From: Candidatus Obscuribacterales bacterium
GTDB taxonomy: Bacteria > Cyanobacteriota > Vampirovibrionia > Obscuribacterales > Obscuribacteraceae
Direction of reading: 5' to 3'
NCBI GenBank assembly: GCA_965228855.1
Contig: CBDDIJ010000003.1
Coordinates: 864,001-928,000 of the forward strand
Length of the DNA: 64,000 nt
How positions within the stretch are numbered: position 1 is the stretch's first letter; every line of letters starts with the position of its first letter. Shown here piece by piece: positions 9,727 to 21,300 of the stretch. Both the position numbers and the translations under genes were made by a program. The notes under the pieces are model-generated. The model did no database searches. It saw only the letters and a program-made list of their open reading frames with translations, and was not told where the DNA came from.

Positions 9727-10989
9727 ATGATTGATTTGGAAGAAGTAAAACGACAGCAAGCTAATTATCGAAAGGCGATTCTCAGCAAGCGAATTCCGCT
9801 CGATTTCGACACTCTTTTGCGGGTCGCAGAGGAGCGGAGGACCGCTCGCCGAGTCGTCGATGATCTCAGGCGGGAACGCAACAAGATCACTGCTCTGGTG
9901 GCAGCTGGAACTGCGCGCGCAGAGAACATCGAGAAAGGTCGTGCTGTCGGTGAAAAGCTAAAGGCGGAGGAAGCGCAACTGTTTGAATTGGAAAAAAGCT
10001 ATCGCAAATTAGCGGCGCTCTTGCCTGGAATTCCGGCTCCGGAGGTTCCAGAGGGTGAAACAGATGCGGATAACGTAGAAGTCAGAAAGCACGGAATACC
10101 AAGAGTCTTTGATTTCGAGTTTCGAGATCATCTGGAGCTGACCGCGTTGCATAAGATGGCAAACTTCGGTGGTGCCAGAGAAATTGCGGGTTCAAGAGCG
10201 TATGCGCTGATGGGAATTGGAGCGTTGCTTGAAAATGCCGTTCTGCAGTTTGCTCTGACCCACATTGTGAAGAAGGGCTTCACTGCGGTTCTTCCGCCGT
10301 TGTTGGTGAACGAAACCGCAATGTTCGGTACAGGATATTTTCCTCTCGGAGAGGACAGTGCCTATCATCTCGAAAAGGACAATCTATTTTTGACCGGCAC
10401 CTCAGAGGTCGGCGCTGTCGCGATACATGCGAATGAAACCGTCAATCAAGTCGATTTTCCACTGAGGTATGTTGGAATTTCGCCGTGTTTTCGCCGCGAG
10501 GCAGGTGCAGCAGGACGAGACACCAAGGGCTTTTATAGAGTGCATCAGTTTCAAAAAGTGGAGCAGGTTGTCTTTTGTTCAAATGATCCTGAAGTATCAC
10601 GTGTGGAGCATGATGCGCTTCTGCAAAACGCCGAGGAGATTGTGCAAGCTCTTGAGCTTCCCTATCGCGTGGTGGCAGTTTGCACAGGTGACATGGGGCT
10701 TGGTCAAGTGCGCAAGCATGACATCGAAACATGGATGCCCAGCCGAAATAGCTACGGCGAAACGCATTCATGTTCAACCTTCCATGACTTTCAGGCTCGT
10801 CGTTTGAACATTCACTATCGCGATGCCGATGGTAAGAAACACTTCGTGCATACGTTGAACAATACCGCTATCGCCTCACCTCGGATTTTGATAGCTCTCC
10901 TTGAGAATCATCAAAACAAAGATGGGACCATCAATGTGCCGAAAGCGCTCCGACCATATCTGGGTGGGACGGAATTGATGGAGCCCTAG
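9727..10989 (+). CDS. serS: Serine--tRNA ligase
   Basis: N-terminal coiled coil; GTSE, CFRREAGAAGRDTKGFYRVHQFQKVEQ and HTLNNTAIASPR motifs; ATG at 9727 follows GGAGG. Confidence 0.97.
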   Translation: MIDLEEVKRQQANYRKAILSKRIPLDFDTLLRVAEERRTARRVVDDLRRERNKITALVAAGTARAENIEKGRAVGEKLKAEEAQLFELEKSYRKLAALLPGIPAPEVPEGETDADNVEVRKHGIPRVFDFEFRDHLELTALHKMANFGGAREIAGSRAYALMGIGALLENAVLQFALTHIVKKGFTAVLPPLLVNETAMFGTGYFPLGEDSAYHLEKDNLFLTGTSEVGAVAIHANETVNQVDFPLRYVGISPCFRREAGAAGRDTKGFYRVHQFQKVEQVVFCSNDPEVSRVEHDALLQNAEEIVQALELPYRVVAVCTGDMGLGQVRKHDIETWMPSRNSYGETHSCSTFHDFQARRLNIHYRDADGKKHFVHTLNNTAIASPRILIALLENHQNKDGTINVPKALRPYLGGTELMEP

Positions 10990-11082
10990 TGTATGACGCG
11001 CCGATAACAATCAAGGGTGCTGAGGTTTGGGCTGTGATCCGCAGGGGCGCGAATGCGCGCCGACGGTCACGGCAGGGGGCAG

Positions 11083-11649
11083 CTACTGCATAAGCGAACC
11101 CAGGAACGTTAGAAAAAGCAAACCGCCACCAATGACGATGGCAACCCAATTCATCACAGAGAACTTGGAGTTGGGTTCGCCTTCACTCGTTGTCGTTGCC
11201 ACGCGGTTAATCAATTGAATTGCAGGAAGCAGAGCGATGAAGGCAAACGTTGAAAGGTGGGAAATCGGCTCCGGTGCTTTCCAGGTGAGAGTGACGATGA
11301 TCCAAGCGGCAGCCAGCATTCCAGCAGGCATAGTATTTATGACACCTCTGTCGTTTGCTACTTGTCTGATTTCTTTCAACAGTTCGTATATAAAAACGTA
11401 CGCAAAGAATGCTCTCCAGAAGGAATGTAATTTGCGACCTGTTCGTTCGCTGATAAGCTGCCAGTTTTTGTACTGCCAAAAAAGTTCGTAAAGTCCAAAT
11501 GTGCACATGGACATCACAATAAATTTCAATGGCGAGACACTGAAGAACAAACGTCCATTATATAGTTGAGGTTCAAGCGTGCCCTCCTCTCTCGATGATT
11601 GGCTTGTTTTGAGCTTTTCGCTAACCTTTTGTTCTTGCTCGTTGTCCAT
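11083..11649 (-). CDS. Small membrane protein (DUF4234-like)
   Basis: CTFGLYELFWQYKNW motif and about 4 TM segments; start uncertain (11649, 11685 or 11748). Confidence 0.65.
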   Translation of the reverse strand: MDNEQEQKVSEKLKTSQSSREEGTLEPQLYNGRLFFSVSPLKFIVMSMCTFGLYELFWQYKNWQLISERTGRKLHSFWRAFFAYVFIYELLKEIRQVANDRGVINTMPAGMLAAAWIIVTLTWKAPEPISHLSTFAFIALLPAIQLINRVATTTSEGEPNSKFSVMNWVAIVIGGGLLFLTFLGSLMQ

Positions 11650-12398
11650 GGTGGTGCCTGCTGATTTGATTTGCGTTTGGGACATTATATAAGTGTGCGC
11701 TGAAAGAGAATGTTTGATGTTCGTGCTCGTGAATGTTTTCTTCCTCATATATAGCCATGTCTCGGTGCCATGTTCCGACGAGCCGCCTGACCACGCATCG
11801 CCGAGAGCTGATATATAAGGAACACACTTGGCGTGTCGCTAGTAAGTTTTCTGAGCGTAAGTCTATTTCATTGAATGAACGCTGAAGGATGTGACCAGAT
11901 GTGCACCTTCGCGATCGGCGTGTGATCGGAACAAAAAACAAGCCTGGTAATGAAAAATGACATTCCTATTCGCCGATCGAGTAATTGCGTTAGAACGCTG
12001 GAAATTCCCAGTGGGTAAGGCTTTTGCCGCGCTTGTTGGATTCTCGCGCAATTAATATTGCTTGCTGGGATCCTTCAGAATCCGAGTACTTTAGAGGTCA
12101 AGATATATGCTGTTGCCAATTGTAAACGAGAAATTTTTCAGAACCAATTTTGATAAATCCAACAAGGGCTCAGAACAAATAGACGAAAGTTTTTTTGAAA
12201 AGGCAATTTGAATCCTTCGCTTGACGACCGGTGGTAGGAAACGGTTTAACAGCGTGTTATGTTTTGCAGCGAATTAGACGGCGGTATTCTCGAGATTCCG
12301 CCGCCCAAAAACCTTTTGATTAGCTCCCGGCGACGGGAGCCTGATTTGTATTGGCGTACTAGTCGCCGAAATCGAAGTGACACCTTAGAGGATTGAAA

Positions 12399-15300
12399 AT
12401 GAGTAAGAAAGTGGTGCGAAGTCGGGAATCCTACATCAAAAACTGGACCGCAGCTATCTGGGGATCGGTGATGGTCGTAGCGTCTGGAGCCGCAGCTCAA
12501 GCCGAAGACCATCAAAACTTCAGAGATTTCCGCGATGCGAATCCCGGTTTCGATCGTCATACGCTTCGTCAGATGTATCGCGCTGAGTTTGGTCGTGGTG
12601 GCGCAGGTGGTGCTTCAAACGTTCCTGACGCCGGCACCTTTAACATCATGCCGGTACCGAATGTACCTTCGACCAGTAACGTCACAATCACAGAGTCGCG
12701 CGGCAAGTGGGCTAACCGTCTCGAACGCAATAATGGCGTCATAAAGCAATCCGTTCAATCTAATGACAGCGGCAAGCTGGTGACACTGAATGGCGGCGTC
12801 AATCTCGACCTCACGTCACAAGCACGCAATATCACCCTCGGACAGAAGCTGTTCAGTGGTGTTTCATCAATTGAAATTCAAGTTGGCGGCGAAACCAAAA
12901 CTCTCACTGCTGGTTCACAAGTCACGGCAGCCGAGTATATCGCTGCAAAACAAGTTCTCGCAGGAACCGCTCAGAAAGTTGCAATCAGCTCTAACGGCGT
13001 TGCGACTGGCGGTGAAGTCGACCTTTCCGCTATCACCTCTCGCGGCGACGTGATGAGAGCATCCGACCTCGTCGTTCCGGTCAATGTCACCACACTCGGT
13101 GACTTCTCAAAAGGTTCCGAATTCAAACTTCAAGGTGACTTGAATAACTTTGGTACCGTTCATGCTCTGGACGGTTCCGGTAATGGACGCGGTGGCACGA
13201 TTAGAGCCGTTGATATCAACAACAATGCAAACGCTTTGATCTCATCCGACGTTGATCTCACGCTACGCGCAGACGGCCAGCTCACCAACCTCGGCAACAT
13301 TACTTCGAATGGCAGTTTGACGTTGACTTCTAGCAACGTCACTAACCGCGGCAGCATATCCTCCGCTAAAGACGTCAATTTGAATTCGCCGACCGGCGCT
13401 ATGAATGTTGACAGCGCAGGTGGCACTATCTCCGCTGCCAACAATATTAATGTCGATGTGAACGCTGACTCGACATTGGCAGGCGGTAACTACCTCAGCC
13501 AAAACCTGAACCTGAATGCTGGTGCTGGAACAATCACCGCCAATCTGGACAATGTGACCGGCACAGTCAATGGCACAGGATATGCGGTTCACTTCGCATC
13601 GCAATCCGAGACTTTGAACCTGGGCGACCTGAACTTGATCGATCCCACGTTCTACAACATTGGAAATATCAATTTCACCGGTGACGTGATAGTCGCTGGA
13701 AACGCGTTGACTATCATCGCGACCGGCAACATCACCGAGTCTGTGGTGGGACCGTTTACAGTGAGCACCGCCAATGGAGCCGGCAATGGTGGCGACCTCA
13801 CAATGATCGCTGGTGCGAATATCACAGCTGCGGGTGGTCCGGGTAACAACACCGTAGGAGCAGGTGCTCCTACACAAGTCACCTTCAATGAAGGTTCCAT
13901 CGGCGGAGGAAGCATCCTTCTTAACGAAGTCCAACTCAACACGACAGGTGCTGGCGGTGGTAATGGCGGAAACGTCCTCCTCGCTGCGTTTGCTGGCACC
14001 ACAGGTGGTTCCGGAAGAGTTGATCTCGGTGTCGGAGTTTCCACTATTCAAACTTCTGGAGACGCCGGTGTCGGTACAAACGGTAACGTAACAGTCATTG
14101 CATCGAGAGGCATAAATCTTGGCGGTGCGGGTAGTTCAATAAATGCTGACGGCGGACTTGCTGGAGCAGGAACGGGCGAAGTCCGAATCACTTCCGCTCA
14201 GCCTGTGACGGGTGGACCTGTCACGTATGCTGCTGACGGAAGTCTTGTGTCCGGTCAGGTCACAGCTGGAACAACCTTGACCAATTTCACTGTGAACGTA
14301 CCCAGCATTACGGCCAGTGGAATTGTCAGAGTGGCTTCCGGCGGCGACGTCAATGTATCTGACATCACTACAAGCGGACCTCTCGCTAACGTTGTGCTCT
14401 TGTCAGGTGTCGACCAGTTTACGCTTGCGCCTACAAACCCCTCGGCGAACCTGACCATAAACGGAGATGTAACCGCGAATGGTGCTGGTAGCCAAATCCT
14501 TGCTGCTTCCGGAAACAACCTCAGCACCGTCGATGGTGCTGACTTAGTTGCTGATGGCAATATCGGTTTCGTCGTTGGCGGCAATTTCAGCCAACTCGGA
14601 GCGATATTTGCTCAAAACGGCGCCGTCAATGGAACCGTTGATGGTGACTACACACTCGGCACTGACCTGCTTGATTTTGTCGCTGGAGCGTCCGGCGTGA
14701 CGGTCGCCGTGAACGGCGACTTGATTCAATCCGCAGTCATCGAGGCTGGTGCTGGGGCTAGCCTGGACGGTAGCGTCAACCTTCTGATCGGTGGAGACTA
14801 CACTGCGACGTCGGCAGCTGCCAGCGTGCTGGCTGGACAAGGTGATCCCGGTTATGTCGGCACTGTGACAATTTCCGCTCAGAATTTCTCAACGGCATCA
14901 GGCTCGACCATCAGAGGTCGTAACGTCACGCTGACTTCGGATAGCACCAATTTCGGTTCTTTCAATCTCAACGGTCTGGTCGACGCTAATGGAACCGGTG
15001 CGCAAGGCGTATTGACCTTGACGCAAAACGGTACTGTTCAAACGGACATGACTGATACGAACTTCTCGGGTGGTTTGCAGTCACGCCAACTGACGATCAG
15101 CAACAACACTGGTGGCAACATTCAGTTCCTCAACAACACGGCTACTTCATTCGACTTCAACAACGTCACGGCTAATGCTGGTGGCGACATCACGTTCATT
15201 GAAACCACGCTCGATGGTGATGGAAGTATCAACTTCACAGGTTCCAGCTTCGCTGGTGGTTCGTTTACCGCACTTGTCGATACTGACCTTTCAACCGATA

Positions 15301-18300
15301 TCGCTTCGATAGTTGGCGGTTCCTCGGGTGAACTCAGAAGCAGCAACGGTAACATCGGTTCGACCGGCAACTTCTTCGAGACAGATTTCGGAAGTATCAT
15401 CGTACAAGCACTGGGCGGACCATCGCCGACTGCGGGCAACGCTTACATAGGCGGCGCGAACGGTTTGAACTTCGCCGGCGGCAATTCGCAAATTACGGCT
15501 GATCTAGCCGCAGTTGCGCTCACCGGGGATATCACAACGGACGCGACTTCGACTGTCAGCGTCGGTGGAGCTGCTGATTTGGCAGCTCAAGTCGGTAACA
15601 TCGGTACTGGATTGCTGAACCCATTCCGTATCGACGTCGGTACCGGAGTTGGACAAGGCGTTCTTGCAAATGCATCGGGCGATGTGTTCCTCTATGACGC
15701 CAACGGCGCTGCTATTGCAAATGGAAGCGCTGCAACTTCGACAGCAGGAGGAACCTTCAGCTTCGTAGTCGATGGTGACCTCGCTGTCAGGAACAACGTG
15801 TCTGCTTCCACTGGTGACTTGATTCTTCAAGCAAATGCTGGTGGTGACTTGACGCTAGACCCAACAGTTCAAGTCAGCGCCGCAGGTGACGTAAACCTCG
15901 CTGGAACAAACATCTCTGGTGGCATCGATACTCTGGTCTCAGGTAACAACCTCACGGTTGAGCTCTCCGGACTGGGCAACATCTACACCAATGTGAATTC
16001 GATAAGCACCGATATTGGTGCAGGTGATTTGACCATCAATGAATATGATGGCATCACGATCGGCTCCCAATCGGTCGGCGACCTGACCGTCAATGCATCG
16101 CTTGTCTTTGGTGGAGATGTTGATACCACTGCTGACTTCACGATGGATACATTCACCGTCACCAATGACGGTGGTTACATCAACATCAACAACCAGATCA
16201 CTGCTAACACTGCTGCTTTGCTCGATACGACCGGTGGTACCGGCGGAATCGGAGGGCTGGGCACACTGTCAACTCCTCTGGCTGGTTTGTTTAGCGACAG
16301 CGGCGATATCGTTCTTACGGTCAACGGCGTCGCAGGTGGCGACACGACAGTCACAGCGCAAGCTGGCGCCGGCGGAAATGTCGACCTGACCTACGTAGGC
16401 AGCGGTACTCTGACCCTCGATGGCAGCTCCGGTAACGGTGATTACTTCGTCGCTACCACGGATGGTGCCGCTTCTGTCGAAATCTTCGATAATATCGACG
16501 GAACGGGTGTGTTGGACATCACGACTAACACACTGGCGTTCGTCAACCCTGTCACTCTCGCTTTCGACAGCGCTAGCGTTCAAAGCTTGGCTGGCAGCGG
16601 TCTAACGCTTGACGGTGGCGATGCCATCAACGGTGGTAACTTCGTGACTACCGTAGGCGGCGCTGGCGTGAGCTTCACGGCTACCGACGGCGACTTCACT
16701 GTTTTGAACAAAACCAACTTCGTTGGTGGCGATGTTTTCGTGACCCTCGCAAACAACAACGGAATCAACGCAGTTGACCTCACCGCCATGGGTGCGAACC
16801 TGAACGGTGATGCTCAGCTGTTCCCACCGGGTAACGACATCACAATTAGAGCCGCCAACATTCAAGGGAATATCGGTACTGCGATTACGAACTTCAACCA
16901 AGTAACTGTTTTGGGTAACACAATCCACAACAGCAATGGCGACGTTCTTCTGCCCACCAACCTGGTATTCTTTGGACAGAACCTCTCGATTATCGCCTCC
17001 GGCAATGTAACCGCCACTGGTGCCACATTGATTGATCTGTCATCCAACGTCGGCAACGGCGGAAGTTTGATTATCCTGGCCGGTTTCGCAAATACTCCCC
17101 CGACTGTTGGCGCCGAGAACACTGCTAACCCTGTGGTAATCACAGGATTCAGCGGAACTGGCGGTAGCGTAGATCTGACCGGGGTCAACATCATCACCAG
17201 CGCGACAGGTGTCTCCGGTGACGCCGGCGACGTGACCATCATCGCTGCAGGTGGCAGCACCCTCGGCAGTGGAGCCGTGACGGCCGGGAACATTACTGCA
17301 ACGTCAGTAAATGGTTTCGGCGGAATGGTTTCGCTTGCTGGTTCTGCTGGTGTCACCGTAGGTGATATCACCACTACTGGTGGAGTCGCTGGCGGTGACG
17401 TACTTCTAGGAGTCGGAACGGTCGCGATCATCGGAACTCCAACCATCACCAATGGTGTACTGAGCGGAGGCGGTTTCATCCCTGATGCACTCGCACCGGG
17501 CAACCTGACATATGGAGCTATCAACGCCGGCAATGGCGACGTCGCTCTGGCGGGCGCACTCACTGCTGGCGATACCGTGAGTGGTGGATTCATTCAAGCG
17601 GATAATCTTGAAGTGGCCATGGGCGACGGAACGGTTTCGCTGAATGTTGACGCTAACGAAGTTCAGGCCGATGCCACAGCTGGCGTAGGCGGCGGAACGT
17701 TGACGGTGAACGAAGCCGGCAGCATTAACGTCGATCACATCGATGGAAATCTGGATGTAAACATCAATGCCTTTGCGACCATCAACATCATTGGCAGCAT
17801 CAACGCTGGAACCGGTGCTGTTGAACTTGGCGCTCAGGACATCACCACGAATGCTTCCAAAGTCATCGCTGATAGTCTCGATCTCAATGTACTGAACAAT
17901 GCAACGGTCAACACCAGCGTGAACACGCTGACCACGACCACTGGCACTGGTTTCAGCATTGTGAACGAAGACAATGGTATCGACCTCGGTTCGCAGGCAT
18001 CCGGCGCATCGCTGGTCGTGAATGCGAGCCAAGTTGCCTCCGGTGATGTGACCACATCAGCTGATTTCGTCCTTGACTCCCTCACCGTCAGTAACGCTGG
18101 TGGTGATATCGTCATAAGCAATGACATCACCGGCACGAACGGTGTCGCACTCGACACCACTGGTGGACCTGGTGCCATCACTGGGTTGGGATCTGTTTCT
18201 TCGCCGATCATCGGACTCAATTCCGGAGCGGGCGGCATCGACCTGTCAGTCAATGGACTGCTGGATGGGGACACGAGCCTCAACGCTGCAGCTACCGGCG

Positions 18301-21300
18301 GTAACGTCAATGTCGACTATGTCGGTACCGGAGTTCTGACGCTTTCGAATAACAGCACCGGCAACGTTGATTACAACGTCTCCGCTCTTGGTGGCAGCAT
18401 CGTGATTCGTGGAGACATCGATGGAACCGGTGATGCCACTTTGACCAGTGACGATATCTCGTTCTCAGATATCAGTGCCTACTCACTGACCTTCAACGAG
18501 ATCACTCTCAACAGCGTAACTGACCTGACTGTGAGCGGCGGTGTCAATGGTGGTACGTTCAATTCGACCGTGGCCACGAACTTCAACGCCACCAATGGCG
18601 ACCTCACCACCAACGACCAATTGAACTTCAATGGTGGCGATGTCTTCGCGACATTGCTGGTCAATAACGGAAGCAATGCGTTCGTGAACAACGGAATCCT
18701 TAATGGAGATGGCGCATTTGATGGAGACCCAACGGCAAACTCGTTGACCATCACAGCTGCTCTCATCACCCCAGGAACGATTCAGAACTTCAACAATGTG
18801 TTCTTCCTCCAAGGAAACACGATCATCAACACCACCGGTGATGTAGTTCTCCCGACCAACCTGGTGTTCCAAGGTCAAGATCTCGCGATTATCGCCTCTG
18901 GCAATATCACCGCGACCGGAGCAGTATTGATCGACCTGTCTTCTACAACTGGAGACGGTGGCGATTTGCTGGTCCTGGCTGGTTATGATGCTACCGGCGT
19001 CACTGGCGGTCAGCAACAGACCCAAGACCCGGTCACCGTGACCGGCGTCAGCACGACCGGCGGAAGTGTTGACTTCACGGGAGTCAACATCATCACGAGC
19101 AGTTCGTTCGCAGGCGGCAGCGCCGGCAGTGTAACCATCATTGCAGGAAGCACCACTGGTGCTACCAACGCAGGCGATGTGACAGTCGGCAACATCACGG
19201 CTGAAGGTGACTTGAACGGTGGACTGGTAGTCGTCGGTGCATTCGGCAACGCATCTGTCGGAAACATCAGCACGATTGGAACGAACGGTCAGGGTGGATC
19301 CGTTGTTCTCGGCAGCGGTACGGCAACATTGGTCGGACCTGTAGTCGTGACAAATGGCAGTCTTACGACTGGCAGCTTCGTTCCTGGAGTGCTCTCCGGT
19401 GGTGATGTCGCTTACGGTACGATCAATGCAGGAACCGGCGACGTCGACCTGGCAGGCGCTCTGGATGCCGGCAACAGCATCGCAGGCGGTGCAATCACAG
19501 CCGACAGAATCGGTTTCGTGATCGGATCCGGAACGGCTTCAGCAACCGGCAACTTCAACAGAGTAACTGTTGATGCCACCACCTCAGCTGGTGGCAGCGT
19601 GACGGTCACTGAGAACGACGACATCATCCTGGATGACGTCTCCGGTACTCAAGTCAACGTCACGGTTAATGCGTCCGGCGATGTCTCCGTTGATGGAGAT
19701 GTGAGCTTCGGTACTGGAACACTCAACGTGAGTGCCGCCAATATCGTTCAAGGTATCGGCGGATCGGTCACAGGTTCCAACCTGAGCCTCACTGCAGTTA
19801 ACGATGCTACGTTGACAACGAATGTCACAACCCTGCTGAATAGCTCAGCTGACAATCTGACGCTATTCAATACCGGTAACTTGACGGTTAATGATTTGAC
19901 CATCGGCACGGATCTCAACCTCACCAACACAGGAACGCTTACCTTCAATGGTACGACTACCGCTGTTGATGTGAATGTCACCAACACTGGTGCACTGACG
20001 ATCGGTGATATCACGGCTACGGGTGCGATAAATGTCGACAACACCGGCGACGCCACTGTTGCTGGTGCGCTATCCGGAGCAACTGGTCTCTCCATCGATG
20101 CGTCGGGAACGTTGGCTGTGAATGCGGCTGTTTCCTCTACCCTGGATGTGAACCTGCTGGCTGATGGCAACGTCACGGTCGGAGCCGATGCCACCTCTCT
20201 AGATGGTGACCTCAACATCGTCTCCCAAGCTGGCTCTATCACCACTGCAGATGACGTCACGCTCCAGGGCAATGATTCGATTCTCATTCAGACGGTCGGT
20301 GGCGGCACAATCACGATTGGTGCAACGAACAACATCTTCACCGATGCGGCAGTGAAATCTCCCGGAATCGGAAACGTCACCATTCTGCAAGGTGCAACTC
20401 TTCCAGCTAAGACCAAAAACCTCAAAGGTAGGAACATCATCGCCATCACTCAAGATGACGGAACTGTCCTCACCGGCAGAGGTAAAGGGACCAAGAAAGT
20501 TGTGTTCAATTCCCCAGACAATACATTGTCCGGAATCGGCGCTCAACTCTTGATCGTCGCATCGGCAAAGAATGGTGTCATCATCGGCGGTGGTGCCACG
20601 ATTACAGCTGACCCACCGGTTGCAGCAGGTTCGGCTATCACAGTATCGACCTGGGGCAAGGCGGATGCAGCTCAACAAGCGGCTCCTACCACTTCAACCG
20701 AACTGCCCGCATCGCTGGCAAGCATCACCGCACCAGCAACGGTATCATCGGTCAATATGGTGACTGCAACCAACGCGACCACAACGACTGGCAAAGATGC
20801 TCTCAAGGGCACGCTTTCCAATCTGGCTTCAGCCAACAACCTCAGCATCTTCGCAGCGCAGGAAGATGACTCGACCATCACCGGTTATGCGCCGGTCGGT
20901 CAAGTGGTTGACGGTAAGGTCTGCAGCGATATCGAATTCGGTTTCGCTACAGGTGCGGCCGGTAACGGTGTTTCGACAATCAAACACAGCGACATCGTCA
21001 CTCTCGACAATGGCACCGCTCTGTTCGTACCGTCGAAGGACATGATGGTCGTAACGCCGAAGGGCAAAGTCAAACTTGGCGCTAACTCGGTAGCTGTGGT
21101 CAGCATCGACGGTAATCAACTCTCGGTGTACGACATCAACGACAACCACAAAGGCAGCGTAGTAGTTGCCGCCGGCGGTCGCGAATTGTCGCTCTCACCA
21201 GGACGTCACCTGATCGTCACCAACGATCGCGCAGCATCCTTCGCGGAAGCTAACCCGATCGAATCGATCATGCACCGCGCAGTCAGCCGTCATGAACTCG

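Noticed and set aside
12280..12291. ops-like element (GGCGGTA) before paralog A
   Set aside because: Only a partial match to GGCGGTAGnnTG, and it is explained by the hairpin arm.
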